Source of the DNA: Campylobacterales bacterium
GTDB lineage: Bacteria; Campylobacterota; Campylobacteria; Campylobacterales; Sulfurimonadaceae
DNA length: 49,461 nucleotides
NCBI GenBank assembly: GCA_038205935.1
Contig: JBBRBK010000007.1
Coordinates: 1-49,461 of the forward strand
Direction of reading: 5' to 3'
Below the pieces are notes generated by a model. The model was given only the letters and a program-made list of their open reading frames with translations. It was not told the origin of the DNA and did not search any database. Below are positions 45,987 through 49,461 of this stretch, piece by piece. A program made the translations under genes and the position numbers. Each line of letters starts with the position of its first letter. The first letter of the stretch is position 1.

Positions 45987-47204
45987 ATGGCTGTATCAGT
46001 AGAAGTTGCACTGCAACTTATTTATGAAAATATAAAACCTAAAACGACGAAAATTCTACCACTTGAGCTGGCACTTGGACATATTATTTCGCAAGATATT
46101 ACTGCTACTTTGAACCTTCCCCCTTATGACAACTCTGCGATGGATGGTTATGCCATCAAATGTGACGAAATGGGTCAAAAATTAAATATTTTAAAAACAA
46201 TTTTCGCGGGCGATAAAGAAGAGTATATTTTACAAAATGGTTCAGCCTATAAAATAATGACGGGTGCAAAAATCCCCTTTGGTACTGAAGCGATTGTCCC
46301 TATTGAAGAGGCACAGACAGATGAAGAGTTTGTCACATTTTCTAAAGATGTCAAACATGGGATGCATATACGTTTATGCGGTGAGGATATCGAAGAAGAT
46401 GATCTCATCATTGAACAAAATACCCTTTTATGTGCTCACCATATTACACTTCTTGCTTCGCAAGGGCTCTCACATGTTAACGTTTATGCCAAACCTCGCG
46501 TTGCACTTTTTGCTTCTGGAAGTGAACTCAAAATGCATTGGCAAAAACTTGGCGTTCATCAGCTTTACAATACCAACACACCCACTTTTATGTCTCGAGC
46601 CAAAGAGCTTGGCTGTGATGCGGAGTTTTTGGGAACGACAGAAGATAGCGTAGAAGCACTTTGTGAAATGATACAAACTGCGCTTGATTATGATCTTATC
46701 ATCACTTCAGGCGGCGTGAGTGTCGGTGATGCGGACTTTACAAAAAAGGCTTTTTCTTGTTTTGATTTTGAGCCACTCTTTGAAAAAGTGGATATCAAAC
46801 CTGGCAAACCAACCACTTTTGGGCGCATCGGCAATACTTTCATCTTAAATCTTCCCGGAAATCCACTTGCTGCGACGCTCAATTTTGAACTTTTCGCAAA
46901 AGCGGCTATTTTGGCACTGAGCGCAAACGGTGAAAAATATATCAATGTCATAGAAACAAAAATGGGAACTGAATTTAAAACAAGAGCAGGAAAAAGAAGT
47001 CTCATTCCTGGTTTCTTTGATGGCTCATCTTTTTCTGCAGTAGAAAAGTTTGCACCAGGAATGATCTCGCCGATGGCGGTCTCAAATGGATTTATTATGA
47101 TCGATCAAGAAGTTGCAACACTTGAAGCAGGTCACAATGTAAAGTTTATCTCTTCAAGGTTTGGCTTTACATGTAAGCATAAAAAAGATTTGGTAACTCG
47201 TTAA
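45987..47204 (+). CDS. moeA: Molybdopterin molybdotransferase
   Basis: PPYDNSAMDGYA, IMTGA, TSGGVSVGDAD, KPGKP, LPGNP; AAGGA before ATG 45987. Confidence 0.95.
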   Translation: MAVSVEVALQLIYENIKPKTTKILPLELALGHIISQDITATLNLPPYDNSAMDGYAIKCDEMGQKLNILKTIFAGDKEEYILQNGSAYKIMTGAKIPFGTEAIVPIEEAQTDEEFVTFSKDVKHGMHIRLCGEDIEEDDLIIEQNTLLCAHHITLLASQGLSHVNVYAKPRVALFASGSELKMHWQKLGVHQLYNTNTPTFMSRAKELGCDAEFLGTTEDSVEALCEMIQTALDYDLIITSGGVSVGDADFTKKAFSCFDFEPLFEKVDIKPGKPTTFGRIGNTFILNLPGNPLAATLNFELFAKAAILALSANGEKYINVIETKMGTEFKTRAGKRSLIPGFFDGSSFSAVEKFAPGMISPMAVSNGFIMIDQEVATLEAGHNVKFISSRFGFTCKHKKDLVTR

Positions 47205-47782
47205 ACACTCGCAGGATTTGTAAAGCTTTTTTGATTTTTGATATCTTCAAAAAGGTTTGCATCTCCAAAATCCTCTCTCACTTCATCGCTGAAAATAATA
47301 TCTTCCAAAGCAATTTTACCCATCGCCTCTGAGTAAGCATCCTCTTTAAAGCACTGTGCATAACCAGTTTCTGTTTCATGGACGATGACGCTGTGAAGCT
47401 TCACCTCTTTTTCTCCATTGACCTTACATGTAAGCACTAAAAGTGCATCGATCATCAAAAATATCACGCGGCTAAACTGCTCTGCAGAAGGAGAAACAGG
47501 AAGTTCCACCCATCGGCAAGAGTGCTTTTTCATATCTTCTCTATATTCTTTATTATCGCCGCTCCAAAGTGTGATCGCATGATCAAAACTCTCAACGAGT
47601 GCTTTCATATTTTGCTTCATCAGACCAAAATCATACACCATTTGCCCATGATCTAAAAAGTTTGATTCAAAAAGAATTTCTACTTTGTAAGAGTGTCCAT
47701 GAATAGAACTTCTGCATTTTACAGAACTGCATCCACGCACAATATGTGCATTTTCAAATTTAAAAAGTTTTCTTATTATCAT
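47201..47782 (-). CDS. queD: 6-carboxytetrahydropterin synthase (QueD/QueD2 type)
   Basis: FENAH, CRSSIHGHSY, DH, PSAE, ETETG. Confidence 0.88.
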   Translation of the reverse strand: MIIRKLFKFENAHIVRGCSSVKCRSSIHGHSYKVEILFESNFLDHGQMVYDFGLMKQNMKALVESFDHAITLWSGDNKEYREDMKKHSCRWVELPVSPSAEQFSRVIFLMIDALLVLTCKVNGEKEVKLHSVIVHETETGYAQCFKEDAYSEAMGKIALEDIIFSDEVREDFGDANLFEDIKNQKSFTNPASV

Positions 47783-47784
47783 CT

Positions 47785-48543
47785 TTATACTCCGTGATTC
47801 TGATCCCAGATTCTTATGTGAAGTCTGTCGCTGTAGGTGTAGCCTTTGATTTTACAAAACTCAATGAGTGGCTCACAGTTTTTCTCTATCTCTTTTTTAC
47901 TACCGCCAAGAGGCATACAATAAACTTGCAAACGTGGTGCGTAAGAAATGATCTCGTCTATCTCTTCATCAAGCCCTAGATCGATGGAAGCTTCATCGAT
48001 AGAAAACTTAAAAAAAGCCTCTTTTGCATTTTGAGCGTAAGAAAAAATCGCATCTGGTTTTATACGCTTTGAGAGACTTTCACCTGAATTTGAAAGTTTT
48101 ACCGAGAGCGCATAAACGCACTCTTTGTAGATTGGATAGTTTTCAAAATCGATATGAATCGTCGCATTTGTTTCAAAAGTGACGCGATGATTGTTTTCTA
48201 TCAGCTCTGTTATGAACTCCACAAAAATCGGATCGTCATAATTTAAAAGCGGTTCTCCACCTGTGAGAACGATATCCACGCCATCTGGAAGCTCATAAAG
48301 ATCCATTACATGTAAGAGTTGCTCTGACTTTGTTATGGGAATCCATTTGGATGCAAAGTACTCACGGTTTACCGCATACACAGTATCGCATCCTAAAATA
48401 TCAACGCCATTTTGTGAAGTTTGAACACAGCCAAATCCCTCACAGCGCATATTGCATCCGCCAAAGCGATAGAAAAGTGATGGCACACCTGTATAGCGAC
48501 CCTCACCTTGAATGGAGTAAAAATGTTCTACTAAATGGAGCAT
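47785..48543 (-). CDS. queE: 7-carboxy-7-deazaguanine synthase
   Basis: FYSIQGEG, GCNMRC...CDT, LTGGEP, ETN, RLH. Confidence 0.92.
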   Translation of the reverse strand: MLHLVEHFYSIQGEGRYTGVPSLFYRFGGCNMRCEGFGCVQTSQNGVDILGCDTVYAVNREYFASKWIPITKSEQLLHVMDLYELPDGVDIVLTGGEPLLNYDDPIFVEFITELIENNHRVTFETNATIHIDFENYPIYKECVYALSVKLSNSGESLSKRIKPDAIFSYAQNAKEAFFKFSIDEASIDLGLDEEIDEIISYAPRLQVYCMPLGGSKKEIEKNCEPLIEFCKIKGYTYSDRLHIRIWDQNHGV

Positions 48544-48548
48544 TTACC

Positions 48549-49461
48549 TCACCCGCCCGTCTCATAAAAAGCACGAGTAGAAACTTCTCCACTTGTTTCA
48601 CTCCAGCGGTTTTTTTCAGGCTTTGTACGCACCACTTCTTTCAGTACAAGAGCAGCATTTTTGATATCTCCACGTTGGATGAAATCTTTAATACTCATCG
48701 CCTCATCAAAGTACAAACAAGGGATTAAAAAGCCCTCAGCTGTTAAGCGGATACGGTTACATTTTTTACAAAAATCATCTTCATAGGGTTCGATAAGTCC
48801 GAATTTGTATCCATCTTCTAGTCTAAAATAATGTGAGGGAGAGTGTCCATCAAAACCTTCATCAATGAAATCGTAATGCTCTTTAATATGGGCTAAGAGT
48901 TCTGCACTTTTCATCCCTTTAATATCTACAGAGGCATGAGAGTTTTCCATATACTCTATAAAGCGTACAGTCATATTACGTTCTTTGCAGTACTCTAGAA
49001 CATCTACGATCTCATCAGCGTTCATCCCTTTCATAGGAACCATATTTATCTTTACATGTAAGCCAACTTTTAAAGCTTCTTCAACACCTTCTAAAACATT
49101 TTTAAGAACATCTTTACCTGCTATCTTTTGAGCGATCTCAGGTTTAAGAGAATCGACAGAGATATTGATACGGCTAAGTCCTGCATCTTTGAGTTTTTGT
49201 GCGACACCTTTTAGAAGATAACCGTTTGTTGTCATAGCAAGGTCGATATCGCTTTTATAGTCATAGATCATCTTTATAAATTTATCAAGGTCTTCACGAA
49301 GAAGTGGTTCGCCGCCTGTGATACGGATCTTTTTAATACCTTCATCCATAGCAATTTTTAGAAATTCAAATAAGTCTTCAAAAGAAAGTAAGTTCTCTTT
49401 TGGAACCCATGAAAAAGGTTTCTCTGGCATACAGTATTGGCATCTAAAATTACATCGTTCT
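48549..49461 (-). CDS. moaA: GTP 3',8-cyclase, 5' end outside the window
   Basis: [10 protein letters not shown] at the window edge, [18 protein letters not shown], terminal GG. Confidence 0.95.
   Translation of the reverse strand, partial: ERCNFRCQYCMPEKPFSWVPKENLLSFEDLFEFLKIAMDEGIKKIRITGGEPLLREDLDKFIKMIYDYKSDIDLAMTTNGYLLKGVAQKLKDAGLSRINISVDSLKPEIAQKIAGKDVLKNVLEGVEEALKVGLHVKINMVPMKGMNADEIVDVLEYCKERNMTVRFIEYMENSHASVDIKGMKSAELLAHIKEHYDFIDEGFDGHSPSHYFRLEDGYKFGLIEPYEDDFCKKCNRIRLTAEGFLIPCLYFDEAMSIKDFIQRGDIKNAALVLKEVVRTKPEKNRWSETSGEVSTRAFYETGG

Larger units (their letters stand above)
253..49060. repeat. Dispersed highly iterated palindrome (C)TTACATGTAA(G)
   Basis: TACATGTA cores start at 253, 977, 1779, 12506, 12760, 13246, 13306, 13623, 16423, 17974, 23280, 25445, 26819, 32590, 36527, 37456, 42412, 45285, 45339, 45912, 47168, 47425, 48307, 49053. 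Confidence 0.9.

Noticed and set aside
1013..48728. Numerous 60-130-aa ORFs overlapping long genes in the ORF track
   Set aside because: Antisense or out-of-frame shadows of well-supported CDSs.
253..49060. Iterated palindrome as a CRISPR array or transcription-factor regulon
   Set aside because: Copies are dispersed with irregular spacing and mostly intragenic; no cas genes and no promoter bias.

Overview
AT-rich chromosomal window from a Campylobacterota (epsilonproteobacterial) genome, most like Sulfurimonas/Thiovulaceae, judged from gene content, tRNA-Arg(GCG), 6S RNA next to purD and synteny with Campylobacter/Helicobacter. It is mostly core genes: the AmmeMemoRadiSam trio, two tRNAs, atpE, pnp, lptD, purD, 6S RNA, bioF, PBP1A, leuA, glnA, mlaA-mlaC-MMPL, ilvE, hisIE, purF, dapB, trxAB, hom, rlmB, rsmI, rpmE, rsmE, moeA, queDE and moaA. 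Two patterns are not explained by the gene list. (1) A highly iterated palindrome, (C)TTACATGTAA(G), has 24 TACATGTA cores by hand count, mostly inside CDSs and in all three frames, and is also built into terminator-like hairpins. It behaves like cyanobacterial HIP1 or a DNA-uptake sequence. (2) Three small integrase-free islets (a GGDEF gene; mscS; an immunity-like/lipase cassette array) are each bounded by a duplicate of the 3' end of the upstream core gene (tRNA-Arg, an SDR gene, rsmI). Also seen: three candidate leaderless genes, a structured rpmE leader and two candidate gene relics. All counts and alignments were done by eye, and all product names come from motif recognition, not database searches.
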